A stretch of DNA of 64,000 nt from the human T2T-CHM13v2.0 reference genome, Homo sapiens, in assembly GCF_009914755.1 (NCBI RefSeq), contig NC_060942.1. One strand, given 5' to 3'. The notes under the pieces were generated by a model that saw nothing but the letters and a program-made list of their open reading frames with translations, was not told the origin of the DNA and ran no database searches. Positions 13,650-27,636 of this stretch are shown piece after piece; within the stretch, counting starts at the first letter, position 1, and each line of letters starts with the position of its first letter. A program made the position numbers and the translations under genes.

Positions 13650-13852
13650 TAGAGTATCCAGACTGAGCAAATACAAGTATGAGATGCCTAGTTAATCTGA
13701 ATTACAGATGAATATTTTTAGTAGAATTGTGTCCCAAATATTGCAAGTATATCCTATTCAATATTTAGGATAAACTTCTACTAAAAATTGTTCATTTGTG
13801 TATCTGAAGTTCAAATTTAACTGGCTCTTCTCTGTTTTATCTGACAGCTCTA
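13650..13852. mobile_element. MER53 palindromic hAT MITE
   Basis: tagagtatccaga...gtcccaaatattgc...tatctgaagttcaaatttaactgg...tatctgacagctcta; flanks gtcccagt / aacccagt (6 of 8 match, hAT-size TSD). Confidence 0.8.
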
Positions 13853-14014
13853 AACCCAGTGAACCTCAAGTATTCATTTACCAGCTCTGAAAAGAAACAT
13901 ATAGTCCACTGAATGAGAAAAGTTTGGAACATTTGATCAAATGATCACAAAGCAAATGAATCAAAATCACACAGAAAATTACCTACACATTGCCATGTGT
14001 GAATACAGAAGGTA

Positions 14015-14155
14015 ACCTGGTTTTAGGAGTGCACATTGGAGTCAAAGATTTAAAGTTTCTATTCTGTGTTTCACCCCTCACTGTATGGGTATCATAGGCC
14101 TGTTACATACTCTTTCTTAGCCTCAAGCTTATCAGATTTAAGGTGCGAATAATAT
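14015..14155 (+). mobile_element. MIR fragment
   Basis: ttggagtcaaagattt...ttagcctcaagcttatcagatttaaggtg; weak core similarity. Confidence 0.45.
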
Positions 14156-14995
14156 TTTTATATTTGTTATTACCATAACATTGCTCAATAAAAATAGACA
14201 TGATATAAATGTTTGTCCCACTTCTTTTCATTTTGGAGAGCATTAGAAGGCCCCAGTGATTTCAAAATGTATTCTTTTATTGCCAATTTTTATTTAACTT
14301 CATATCATTAGAATATTTCTTAGCTATAAAAGCTTTAGTCCTTTAAAAATTGCAAGTAGTAAATGTAAGCTGCTGACTCTGGAAGCTGTTTACAACTTAG
14401 TGAAGCATGGGAAATCCAGGTGTTTTAGTCTGTCCTGGGAGAGGTCACAATTTTACTGAATCCTTATGCAAAAGGAAGAGCTCGAGGGTAGTTAAGATGT
14501 GGAAAGACAAGCTTGGATTATCTTTCCATTTCTCCCTCGCTTATTCTTTTTGGACTATTGAGGCGTGTGTGTAGACAGCAAAGCAACTTCTTAGTGCAGT
14601 TTTGTTCTGAGAAAGATCTAAAATAACTCATTTGAGATCAGAGATATATCAAGAGGTTCACTTTCATCCTGGGCCCAGCTTGGGTGGGTCTGGAGTTTAA
14701 AAACCATGTTTAGAGGAGGGAACCTATGCCTTTATACAACTCTAGGTCAGGGTAAAATTTCATTCTATTTTATCAGATCTTCATAAGATCCTGGGGGCAA
14801 GGTGTCTAGCAAAGTTGTCAGGGTTTGTTATATGTGAGCCAATCGAGCAGATCTCTTGAGGAAGAAAATTGAGAAAAAGACATAAAAGATTTAAGAAATA
14901 AAGGGATGGATCATGAAAGGGATCACCTTTAATGTTCGGCCTGAGATATAAATACAATATGGTTATTCCTTTTCTTAATACCTTTGGTTTCTGAG

Positions 14996-14999
14996 GTGT

Positions 15000-15046
<47 letters not shown>
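14996..15046. repeat. Compound (TG)n(CG)4(TG)3 microsatellite
   Basis: 51 bp of uninterrupted purine/pyrimidine alternation. Confidence 0.95.
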
Positions 15047-15951
15047 AATGGGATTCTTGAAGACATGAGGTCAATGGTCCCCAAGTGTATATTAGAGTCA
15101 CATCTGAAAAGGCTCATTCCTGCAACATCAAAAGATTCTCCTCACACAGGATAATGTGGCTACAACTAGAGAAGAAAATTAAGCCAGCACATTTTAATTT
15201 TGTTTTCCTAAAGCCTGAAGAACCTACAATAAGACCCTAAAATGTTATGTTCCAGAGTTGAGTATGATTTTTTTACCTCTTAGCCTTTAAGATGTGTGAA
15301 TTTTTAAAATACTTTGTCTAACCGGTGCCAACATAACAGTTTGGAGACAAGACACTGAAGTAATATGTTTTCTACATATTGGTTTTAGTGTTTTAATGAG
15401 GACAGGCTTATTGTTAAAGCATGTGGAAATTAATTGCTATAAATCTAAGTAGTGGTAGAAGAACACTTAAACTAAGGTAGTTATTGTCTCACAGATGTCT
15501 TTTCATTTCTCACCATCTGATTGTCAATGCTAACATCATCTGGGAGGTACTGTGCCTAAGCTATTGCAGCAGTATTTGAAGTGCAAGGAAATCCTCTAGG
15601 ACACTGATTAATAATAAATGTACTGAGTTTTGAGGTGCAATTTGAATTTAGATATATTCTATAACATAAAATGTTGAGATGACAGTTTATCAGAAATACA
15701 TTACTAAAAGTGAAACCACATTTTAATTTATTTGTTATATTGTCTATTAATATAATCTGTTGATATCTTCTATGTATATAGTCATAGATATATATATATA
15801 TTCTGTTTCATCTTGTCTATTTTAACTAGAATGTAGATCAACAGAGAACAAGTACACTGCTACGTTCACAGTGGAATATTTATTAAATAAAATAAAATTT
15901 ATTAAATCTTTGGATAATTATTGCTTTTTAAAAATATTTTATTTTACTTTT

Positions 15952-16255
<304 letters not shown>

Positions 16256-18307
16256 TTATTTTACTTTTTACAATGGACAGGTAAAAGTGAATGTATTAAC
16301 TGTATACAACATGATGTTTTCAAGTATACATACTTTGTGGGATGACTAAATCTAACTAATTAACATATGCATCACCTCATATAGCTATCACTTTTGTGAT
16401 GAAAACACTTTACTTGCAATGTCTTCGCATTTTTTGACAATAGAGGATAAATAGCTACAGTCACCATAGATCTCTCAAACTTATTCCTCCTAACTGAACT
16501 TTCATATTCTTTAACCAACATCTGTCCACCCCACTCCAACCCACCCAGCCTCTGGTAACCACCATTCTACTTTCTACTTCTATAAGATCAACTTTTTTAG
16601 ATCCTAGGTACAAATGAGGTCATACGGTATCTTTCTTTTTGTGCTTGCTTATTTCACTTAACATAATTTCCTGGAAGGTTATCCATGCTGTTACAAAGGA
16701 CAAGACTCTGTTATTTTTCAGTGCTGAATAGTATTCCTACCATATTTTCTTTATTCATGAATCCATTGATGGACACTTAGGTTGATTCCATATCTTGGCT
16801 GTCGTGAATAGTGCTACAATGAATATGAGAGTGCAAATAACTTTTTAACATACTGATTTTTCTTTCTTTTGGATATATTCCCAGTGGTGGATTGCTGGAT
16901 TATATGGTAGTTCTATTTTTAATTTTTTGAAGAACCCTCATACTGTTGTCCATAATGGCTCTACTAATTTACATTGCCATCAACAGTGTACAAGGGTTCT
17001 CTTTTCTCCACATCTGTCTAACACTTATCACTTGTCTTTTTGATAATAGTCATTCTAATAGGTTTGAGGTGGTGATTTTAATTTGCATTTCCCTGATGAT
17101 TAGTGATGTTGAATCTTTTTTCATATATACCTGTTGGTCATTTGTGTATCTACATTCAGATCATTTGCTCATTTTAAAATCAGGTTACTTGTTTTCTTAC
17201 TATTGAGTTGTTTGTGTTTCTTACATATCTTAGATATTAACCCCTTATCATATGTATAGCTTGCAAATATTTTCTCCCTTTTTTTGGTTGTCTATTCAAT
17301 CTGTTGATTGTTTTCTTTGCTGTGCAGAAGCTGCTTAGTTTGATGAAATTCCATTTGTCTATTTTTGTATTTCCTGCCTGTGCTTTGAGAATGATATTTG
17401 TAAAGTCATTTTCCAGACCAATGTCATGGAGCTTTTCCCTATGTTTTCTTCTACTAATATGCATAGTTTTGAGTCTTACATTTAAGTCTTTAATCCATTT
17501 TAACTTGATTTTTGTTTATAATGAGAAATGAGCCTCTAGTTTTATTCTTCTTCATGTGTATATCCGGTCTTTCCAACACCATTTACTAAAGAGATCATCT
17601 TTCCCCATTGTATGTTTTTAGCTCCTTTGTCAAAATAAGTTGGATGTAAATGCAGAGATTCATTTCTAGGCTCTCTATTCTTTAATATTGCCCTTTGTAT
17701 CTGCTTTTATACCAGCACCATGCTGTTTTGGTTACCAGAGCTTTGCGATAAATTTTGAAGTCAGATATTGTGATGCCTCCAGCCTTGTTCTGTTTGCTCT
17801 GGATTGTTTTAGCTATTCAGGGTCTTTTGTGGTCCCACAAAAAGTTTGTGGTTGTTTTTTCTACTTTTATGAATAATGTCATTGATACTTTGACAGACAT
17901 TATATTGAATCTGTAGATCACTTTGGGTGGTGTAGACTTAACAATATTAATTCTTCCAATTCATGAACACGAGATCTCTTTCTGTTTGTCTTTGTCTTTC
18001 TCAATTTTTTTCATCAATATGTTATGGTTTTCAGTATCCAGATCATTCAACTTTTTGGTTAAAATTCTTCCTAAGTGTTTTATTTATTATTTTTTGTAGC
18101 TATTGTGAATGGAATTTTCTTGATTTTTTTCGGGTAGTTCAATTTTAATATGTAGAAACATTACTGATATTTGTATGCTGGTTTTGTATCCTGCTGAATT
18201 TGTTTGTTAATTCTAACAGTTTTTTGATAGAGTCTTCAGGGTTCCTGTATATATAATTGTGTCATCTACAAACAAGGACAATTTAACTTATTCCTTTTCA
18301 ATTTGGA
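16256..18307 (-). mobile_element. L1MA (about MA6-8) 5'-truncated copy: 3'UTR plus end of ORF2
   Basis: Antisense L1 3'UTR (aattaacatatgcatcacctcatatag, cagcctctggtaaccaccattctact); ORF 17237-17464 gives the ORF2p C-terminal motif LHDIGL...KIDKWNFIKLSSFCTAKKTINR. Confidence 0.93.
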
Positions 18308-20077
18308 ATTTTACTGCTTTGATTTTGGAAGTAATTAATTAGGTAAATTTTCAGTAACAGACAACATTTCATTTTACCAGCAAACAATGATGGATTTCAA
18401 AAAGAAATCCCGCTTTAAAATAAATTAAATCTACAAGATATCTTGAATGCATGTTCTATAAGGCAGGACATATTTAGCAACCTATTTAGGGGAAATTACC
18501 TGTGGCATATATCCAACTACTATATCTTTATTCTAAAACTTCAATTAAAAACAACTAGCAAATAAAAAATGAATATTTCTCTACTACAAACTAAAACATT
18601 TTTCTTCATCTTATGTGAACAGGAGATATTACTTCATACCTAGTGAGGAAGTCAGCCTAGAAGTTGCAGGATTTTCTCCCTTTGCATGGGAAATAGGACA
18701 GCTAGTAAATTTCCTCTAGAAATCACACCTTTTATTCAGAGCATCAAGTTCAGAGATATCTGAGCTTTCTGCAAATGGAAATTTACAGCAAGGCTGGAAA
18801 GTGGGTACCTTTTGATAAACAATAATTCATGTTGAATTTCTGGCTGCCTCCTATTTTAAAGTAGAGTGGTATTGTCTTTTTTCCCCTTTCCACTCCATTC
18901 TGACCCATTTTTTCTAGATTATTTCTGAGAAATTCAATTTCCCTTTTGTTTTCTCTATCAGCTTATCACAGCCCTGGTTAGTAGGATTAAATGAAGACTA
19001 CTTTTTTCCTAATTTCTTATTTTCTGTTCCCCAACAAAGGACTATGCTTTAGCAGATTAAATAGCAACTGACAACTCATCTCATTGGGAAGGATTAAACT
19101 GTGTCATAGTAGCATTTTGCATGAACTGCATTCCAAGTATATTACAGCAACTTTTGGCTGCTTATTTCTTTCACTTTTTCGCCACCTTTTTTTTTTTGCT
19201 TTTAAAATGGTGAAGTTGTATATATTATTTGAAAAAAATCATCAAATGATAGATATAGTTTTAGAGATGGCATTAAAAGCCTACATACATTTTATGATTA
19301 TTGGAAAATAATACATTTGTCAAATTTTAAAATAATTCTTCAGAGTATTTGCTCAAAGCTAACATCTCAAATTAAAAATTGAGCAATGTTATTACATTTC
19401 TAATTCTTCATTACATTTTTTATTCTTTAAGAGTTCTCAAATATTATATGCAATACTTCAGTAATCTCAACTATCGGTTTTTTATTTATCTAGGATTTCA
19501 CTTTGGTAAATCTCACTTCCTTAAAAATGTAACATGATATCACTCTTCATAGGAGAGCAACTGAGAATTTGCTATCGGAAAATAATACTAACTTTTACTC
19601 ACAATGGTAACGCTGGCTTGGATGCCTAGGCTGAGACTATAATCCAAAAACACAGTTTCATCCAAATATGCATCAAAATTCAAAGGCAAGGATTCAGTTA
19701 GAAATCATTTATTCAACCTGAAAGGGGAATCCAACAACTTAAGGCTAAATATATAATGAGTTAAAGATGTTCAAACAGCCTATTTCAATGAAAACGCAAG
19801 TCAAGAGTAGTTCTTCAGCCCATAAATGAGCATCTTTAATAAATCTCTCCAAGAGAGGGGTGTCCTGCAGAGTAAAGGAATTCATAGGAAGTCCTGGGTA
19901 ACTCCCACTTCATCAGATCTACTCTCCACCTGCTGTAAGTCCCGTGAGCTGACTCTTCAAAAGGACCCTCTTGCTTTCTGGCCCTCAGTTCGGTTCAGCC
20001 TATCAGAATACTAGCAGGGACATGTAAAAGCAATGGCAAGAATGACAAACCATGAAGAACCAACTTAAACTCAATTT

Positions 20078-20322
20078 AAAACATAAGGGGAAGGCTTTGT
20101 GACATTGGTCTGGGCAAAGATTTTTTTTGGGTAAGACCCCAAAAGCACTGCCTATAAAAGTGAACATAGACAAATCGGGTTGTATCAAACTAAAAAGCTC
20201 CTGCACAACAAAGGAAACAATTAACAGAGTGAAAAGATAACCAATGTTGTGAGAAAATATTTGCGAAATATACATCTGATAAGGTGTTGATATCTAAGAT
20301 ACGTAGGGAACTCAAGCAACTC
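20078..20322 (+). mobile_element. Internal L1MA-type ORF2 fragment without 3'UTR or poly(A)
   Basis: gacattggtctgggcaaagattttt...aagaccccaaaagcac...tatcaaactaaaaagctcctgcacaacaaaggaaacaattaacagagtgaa. Confidence 0.88.
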
Positions 20323-23009
20323 CATTTAACGAGTTGCCTATACAAAGTAAGTTATTCCACATGGCACTTCCAGGCGTAAGAATTCTACCAGCAGGAACCA
20401 GTGATAAGATGAGTGAGTTCTTCAGGTTGTCCTTGGTTTTTTGCCCAATGTACAACAAAGTTAACTTCTAGAATGAGCCAAGAAGGCAAAACCAATCTGT
20501 ATATCATAAATGTGAAAAGTTAATAATAAGTAGAATGACCACAGTGAACTGCAGGGAAACAGTAAAAGCTACCTGTAGAATTAATATATTATTTATAATA
20601 GGTTTAAACTGTTATTGATTTTAGAAAGCTGCACAATATTAATTTAAGGCAGTTGTTGGAGTTACAATGTGATAATTTTATTCTTCTCATTCCACCTCCT
20701 GCTTAATTTTCCTGGTTAATTCTTGAAAACCAAGCCTGGTGATCTTTCTTTTGTCATTAAAAATATGTCTTGCAAATTTCTCTAGCTAGAGTAGATTTAT
20801 AACAGCTTCATAGTATTACAAGGAAAATGTGAGCTGTTTCAAGATAGGTGGCAAATACTATATAACTGTAAAAAGCAAAAATGCAATATTTTATTGCTGA
20901 TTTACAGTGATTGTGGATTACTTCCGATTAAGATTACCTGACTTAGCAAACAAAATGTACAGGATTTGTAGGACACTTAGTTAAATACTCTTTATTATAA
21001 GTATGTTCATGAAATATTTGGAGCATGCTTACAGGAAAAATAATGTTGGTATTTATCGAAATTCCAATTTAACTGGGCTTCCTGTATTTTAATTGGCACG
21101 CAATCTTGGATGTTTATTAGTCCTCTACAGCTTGCACTTTGACCCTCAAACCAAATACGTTGTGTTTATGAAAGTCAATTCACAAATCCCATGTAAAAAG
21201 GTTTTTAAGATAAGAAGCATACAGAAAAAATACATAATTGTAAACTCAATAAATTTTAACCATGTAAAATGTCAAGGTAATTGGCACACAGGTCAAGGTG
21301 CAGAATATTCTGAGACCTTAGGTATGTTCAAGCTGTGTCCCAGTCACACCCACCCAAAGATAATTCTATCTCAGCAAAACTCATTTTATCCTTGAAGTGC
21401 TTGAGAGAGGGTATCAAGAATGAATTAGGGATTTTCAGCACCCTGGGCAGTGTCTGTCACATGATAGAGAGTATATGTGAGTGAATAATTTAATAAATAT
21501 GGCAAAATATTAATACCTGTAAGTTTTGCATAGAAAATTCAGAGTATCATATTATTCAATCCATTCATTGAATGAGCTTATATTGAATTCCTACTTTGAA
21601 CAAGGTTCTGCTTAGGGACAAGTCATTGTCCTTATAAAGGCTTAAGTAAAAGACATTGGCTCAGAAACTGTATGTTGTCTAGGAACCGTGACCCACTGAC
21701 TCACTTTTCTTTTTCTCACAACTTCCACTTTGCTATTTTAGTGAAGATAAGCAAAGCTGTTGATGAGTGAGATTAAATGACTTTACTAGGAGTGACTTGC
21801 ATTTGCCTTTTTTTTTTTTCTATTTTCTACCCTAGGCCTTGCTAATTGGGCATTACTAATATAACACTACAGCATGTGTTTGACTAGATTAGAATGAAAT
21901 TAGAAGTTTTGGTAAGAATAGTCATCCTTCCCTGTAAAGGGTCCACTGGCTAATTTTATAGAGGCAGAAAGTGAATAAAGAATGAGCCACCGAGTGGAAA
22001 ACAGTTGGAACATTCCAGTGCGTGCTTTATACTCCCTGGACAAGTTGATCAGTGATGACATCTAGCATCATAAGTCATGCAAACTTTCTCTTATCCCAAG
22101 GTTATACTTAGGATGTGCGTTTACCTGAAGATTAAAATGAAGTCATTATTATGTTTCTGATAAAAATGAGTTAAAACCAGAAGAAATAGCTATTTAAAAC
22201 ATGAAGTATATTTGTAATTTGACTCTTTAATAAAAATTAGAAAAAAATGGTTATGTTTATTGACACAACCATCTAGGTTAAGTATCTTAATCGTTGGTAA
22301 TTATATCATAATTATGCTTCAATCATTTTATTCATAATAATGTCACTTTAATTCTGAATCTCAGGAATCCTAATGTATAGTTTAATGAAGCATAAAATGC
22401 AGTTTTAATCTTTTGGACAGTTATATAGCAGAATAAATGGCCATATAAACAGATAAAGATATGTAAAAGGTCAAAAATAAAAAGACAAATTTTAATATAG
22501 TAATTTAACTCTCTCAACTAACTAGGTCTAGGTTTATTTGCACTGTGAGACACACACTTTATGAGTAAATATTTTAAGCTTTGACACAGGTGAGTTATTG
22601 CTACATTGTTCAGTTATACCCTAGGTGAGTCTATGAAAGGAAAATGAAATGGAAAACTACTAATTAGCCAATAAGTTCAGTTAATAATTGTGATAAGGTG
22701 GATAAATCTAATTTTTACAAAAGTAACAGTGCACTTAGTTTCAGGAAGATGGGTTTTATCCATGTCACTCTGTTATCCACCTTAATGTTTTTATTTCTTC
22801 GAATCTACATATGACACAAAATCGTCATTCTAAAGTTTGTCAACCAGATTCTTAAGATTCATGGATTTGGAAAAACTCAAAACATGACAGAATTCAGCAA
22901 CATTTATCCAGATGTTTGGCCCTTAAAGACCATAGCCTGGACATTCTGTCTCTCCCAGGGATGTACAATAGTAGAGCGTCATTCTTACTCTAACAGAAGG
23001 AATCGTAAC

Positions 23010-24094
23010 TTCTATTTTTATTTATTGTGTTGATATATCATAGTTGTAAATGTGTTTGGGGTGGATGTGATATTTTGATACATGTATACAATGTGTAATT
23101 GTCAAGTCAAGGTCACTGGGATATCCACAACCTCAAATATTTATCCTTTCTTTGTGTTGTAAACATTATACTACTTCTCATCTAGCTATTTTGAAATATA
23201 CAATAAATTATTTTAACTATAATTTTCCTATAATACTACTGAGTACTGGAAATTATTCCTTCCATTTAACTGTATTTTTGAACCCATTAACCAACTTCTC
23301 TTTATCTCGCCTTCTCCCATGCCCTTCTCAGTCTTTGGGAACTATTATTCTACTTTCTACTTCCACGAGATTCAATTTTTTGTTCCTACATATAAGTGAG
23401 AACATTCAATTTATTTGCCTGGCTTATTTCACTGTACATAATATCCTACATGTCCACCCATGTGGTCTCAGATGACAGGATTTCCTTCTTTTAAAAGCTA
23501 GATAGCATTTCCTTGTGTACATATACCAATTTTTCTTTATACATTCATCTGTTGATGGACACGTAGGTAGATTCCTATCTTGGATATTATGAACAGTGCT
23601 GCAATAAACATGGGAGTGCAGTTATCTCTTTCATGTACTGGTTTATTTTCTCTTGGAAATGTACTCGGTGGTGCGATTGCTGGATCATAATGCAGTTCTG
23701 TTTTTCGTTTTTAGAGTGAAACCTCCATACTGTTTTCTGTAATGGCTGTACTACTTGACATTCCCACCAATGGCATATGAAGGCTCCCCCTTCTTCCTAT
23801 CCTTGCCAGAATTTGTTGTTTTTTCCTTTTGATAGAATCCATTTTAACTGTGCTTGAATGATATCTTATTGTGGTTTTAATTTGCATTTCCCTGATGTTT
23901 AGTGATGTGGAACATTTTTTCACATACCTGTTGGCCATTTGTTTGTCTTCTTTTGAGAAATATTTATTCAGATCACTTGCTCATTTTTTAAAATAGAATT
24001 ATTTGGGTTTTTCTGATACTGAGCTGTTTGAGTTCCTTATATATTCTGGTATTGATCTTTTATTGGATGCATTGTTTGCAAATATTTTCTCCCA
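23010..24094 (-). mobile_element. L1MA (about MA4-5) 3' end
   Basis: atgtgatattttgatacatgtatacaatgtgtaat...tctagctattttgaaatatacaataaattat; ORF 23711-23938 gives the ORF2p end [27 protein letters not shown]. Confidence 0.92.
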
Positions 24095-26125
24095 CCTGGG
24101 CCTATCAGAAAGCTGAGGTTTCTTAGCAACAAATAAGCCCAAAATTCAAGGGAAATCAGACCACTGTGAAGAGAAACAGGATGCATGACCTAGATTATTA
24201 TGTTATACTTGGGAAGAAATAGTGGTCATCAGACAGCCACCAAAGAATGCACTTAAAATTGGAATAGATTGCTATTGACTGAGTGTGAGCTGGAGTAAAT
24301 AGCATAAGCAAAAACCATGGAAACCCCAGAGACAAGGGGGAATCCCGACTCATAGAATCCATCAAGTGCTCAAGGGGATAATTGTGGGAAGACTGGAAAA
24401 AGATTCCTGTATTGGTGCAGGAATGAAGGAAGAGATTGGCAACCACTAGGGGAAAGATAATGTTGTTCTACCTCCCAGCCTTGTCCCTTCTCTCTTAGCA
24501 ATGGAAAGGTTTATGGTGCTGGAGGAGGGGCAGCAAATCCTATCACTCCCACACTCAAAAGAGATGAACAGTAGCCGAGGGTGGAAGAGGTGGAAGGCAC
24601 AAGGCATGGCCAACTGCCTGATCTTGTCTTCTACCTACAAAAGTCTAAAATCTTTGGGAAGGGAGGTGAGTAGGAAGGTTGCAAAGCCTCTTTCTCAGGA
24701 TCACAGAGAAAACACTGGCTGGCTGGAGGAGTGCAAGTTTCTCTTCCACTGGGGGATATGCAAGAACTAACTTGAGCCACTGTGGTTGCAGTAAGGAGGA
24801 AACAACACTTTACCTCACAGGAGGGTCAGAAACAGTCTTGTGCCCAAGGTTCTACACCAATGCAAGGAAGGGCTTGAAACAGCAGGCAAAGAGGGAGGAA
24901 ACTCTGTCCCTGAGCAAGAACCCACCATGTAAAACAGGAGATTGAGTGCCATTGTGAGGCAAGGCAGGAAAGCTAGGAAAGCCACATAACTGGGACTAGC
25001 TCAGCTACCTACATGGAAGCTGGATCAACACAATAGAAAACTGTACACATCCCACCACCATAGGAAGCAATGAATAGTCAGCAGGAGAAGCCTACCTGTG
25101 GGAGATGGGTAAGGATGTAGAGAGAAACTCCTCTGTAATGCAGGCATGCAGAAAATGCCCACAGCTGGGGATGAAACAGAAACATTTAGAAAAACTCCCA
25201 GTAGCCGCAGCCACTATTCTAGGAACAATACAATAAACAACCTACAGTTAGAAGCATGTGAAGATTTTGATGCACTAAGCATAACCATAGCAACCATAAA
25301 TCCCAAATCCAGCCCAGATTCTCACCAGATTGATGTCACTTTCAATGCTAATTAGCTTAAAACAGAAGAAGCATGTTCATTTCTAGATATGAATACTATT
25401 TATTTCAGTCTCTGATACTCCTTACATACTATTCAACATTCAGTCAAAACAGAGACATACCAACTTAAAACACAACCTATTGTCAAAATAAAACAATTAA
25501 CAGATCCAGATGTAGAAATGACCCAGATGCTAAAACTGTCAGAATGGAAAGTAAAATGAATGTGACGTATATTAAATAACCCAGTGGAACAGATGAACAA
25601 TTCAGGAACAGATGAGGGATTTCAGCAGAGAGGTAGAAATTACAAGAAAAAGTAGAATGGAAATCCTAGAGATGAAAGATTCCTTTGATAGTCTTATCAG
25701 TAGACTTGACCTGGCTGAAGAAAGAATCATCCAACTTGCAACTACATTGATAAAAATAATAGAGCACCAAAAATGGTGGGGCAATATCAAAATGTCTAAT
25801 ATATATGTGTAATTTTAGTCCCAGAATTGGAAGAGAAAGGTAATCCGTAGAAGAAAAAATATTGAAAAGAAAATGGCAGAGAAATTTCAAATATAATAAA
25901 AATGTCAGGCCACAAACTCAAGTAACTCAGAGATCCTCCAAGGGGGATGAACCCCAAGCAAACAAATCCATGAATAAATATTTAAAACAAAGAAAAATAA
26001 TCTTAAAGGCAGTGAGAGAAAAGGAAACACTATATACTGAGGAATAAAAATATGAATTACAGTAGAATAATTATCAGAAACCTTGCAGATCAGAACAAAA
26101 TGGAGTGATTATTTAAAGGAAAGGA
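24095..26125 (+). mobile_element. Old L1M 5'UTR plus decayed ORF1
   Basis: ORF 25612-25812 (SLISRLDLAEERI...IKMSNIYV) and the 25862 ORF (KIILKAVREKE) resemble the L1 ORF1p coiled coil and RRM; purine-rich upstream 5'UTR-like sequence. Confidence 0.7.
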
Positions 26126-26139
26126 GAAATATGTAATAT

Positions 26140-26905
26140 GAAATATGTAACACATTTTTATTAACTATAGTCACTATGTTGTGCAATGGATCTAAAAAAC
26201 ATATGTTTCCTATGTAAATAAAACTTTGTAGCCTTTCACCAATTTCTCTCCTGCACACCCTACCCCTTCCCACTATCTAGTAACCAGCTTTCTACTCTCT
26301 GCTTCTATAAGTTCAACTGTTTTTGATTCCACATGTAAGTGAGAACTGGTGGTATTTGCCATTCATGTTTTCAGAAGTGACAGAATTTCATTCTTTTTTA
26401 AGGCTAAATATTATTCCATTGTGTATTACACCACATTTTAAAATTCATTCATCAGTTGATAGACACTTAAGTTGACTTCATATCTGGGATACTGTGAATA
26501 ACACTACAATAAATATAGGCATGCATATATCTCTGCACCATACTGATTTCATTTTCGTTGGATATATACCCAGAAGTGGGATTGTCGTATCATCTGATAG
26601 TCCTATTTTTAATTTTCTGAAGAACCTCCATATCGTGTCTGGTTATACTAACTTACATCCCCACAACAGTGTACTGAGGAACAAAGGGTTCTTTTTTCTC
26701 CACATTCTCTCCAACACTTATTATATTTTGTCTTTTTTATAGTAGCCATTCTAACAGATATGGGGTGATATCTCATTGTGTTTTTAATTTTCATTTTCCC
26801 TTATTATTAATGATGTTGGGCATTTTCTTCATGTAGTTTTTCATGTGTCTTATTTTGAGAAATGTCTATTCAGATTCTTTACCCATTTTTAATCAGGTTT
26901 TTTCC
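26140..26905 (-). mobile_element. L1MA (about MA8-9) 3' fragment inserted in the older L1
   Basis: ttaactatagtcactatgttgtgcaat...ttctactctctgcttctataagttc...ggatatatacccagaagtgggattg. Confidence 0.85.
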
Positions 26906-26911
26906 TTCCAA

Positions 26912-27100
26912 TGACATAGGTTAGAAGTAAAATGATGGGGAAAGATATATCATGCAGAAATAAAACTGTAGTGGCTATATTAATATCAGACAAAATAAGC
27001 ATCTGGAAAAAATCTTACCATTGATAAAGAGTAATGTTGCATATTGAAAAAACTGGTCAATTCAACCAGAAGATATAAATGTCCTCAATATGTGCATAAC
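26912..27100 (+). mobile_element. Start of L1M ORF2 (continuation of the element at 24095)
   Basis: ataggttagaagtaaaatgatggggaaagatatatcatgca...gtggctatattaatatcagacaaaata. Confidence 0.7.
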
Positions 27101-27502
27101 TCAAGGAGAGAGCTTCGAAATATAAGAAACGGAACAGATGACTTCTTGTGTAGACGAGATGTAGTAGACTTGTCTCTCCCCGCTATCCTCCTAAGTATAA
27201 ATTTAAGCTTTGGAAATAACAAAAGAGGCAACTAAAAGATGTCTCTGAAATATATTAAAGGAAAGAGGAACTAGTTAGGGGCTCAAGGAGTGGAGGATCA
27301 ACACAGTGGCAAGGCATCTTAGGTGACCCCAGCTACCAGACAAGGCAGCAAGAATTCATGCCTCCCATCTCCAACACAGCAACAGAGGCATCCCAGTAAC
27401 CATATTCTTTCCTTGGATGGAATGTGTCTTCCTTTAACACACCAGTTGAGCCCAGCACCACTGGCAGGGGGAACCATAGGAAACGCTGCCAATAAGGGGC
27501 CA

Positions 27503-27636
27503 GGTGATGGATTTGTTCATGACTTCGATTGTGGCAATCATTTCACAGTGTATTCGTACATCAAATCATCCCATTGTATACCTCAAATGTACACATTTTT
27601 GTCGATTTTGAGTATAATTAAATACGCTCAGAAAAA
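27503..27636 (+). mobile_element. Short L1 (MA9/MB-like) 3'-terminal fragment
   Basis: ggtgatggatttgtt...gattgtggcaatcatttcacagtgtat...atcaaatcatc...ttgtatacctcaaat. Confidence 0.7.

Noticed and set aside
16946-18148. Cluster of ORFs on both strands, with similar clusters at 23152-23938, 50549-50918 and 62282-63439
   Set aside because: Fragments of decayed L1 ORF2 or its antisense, with stops and frameshifts; no intact L1
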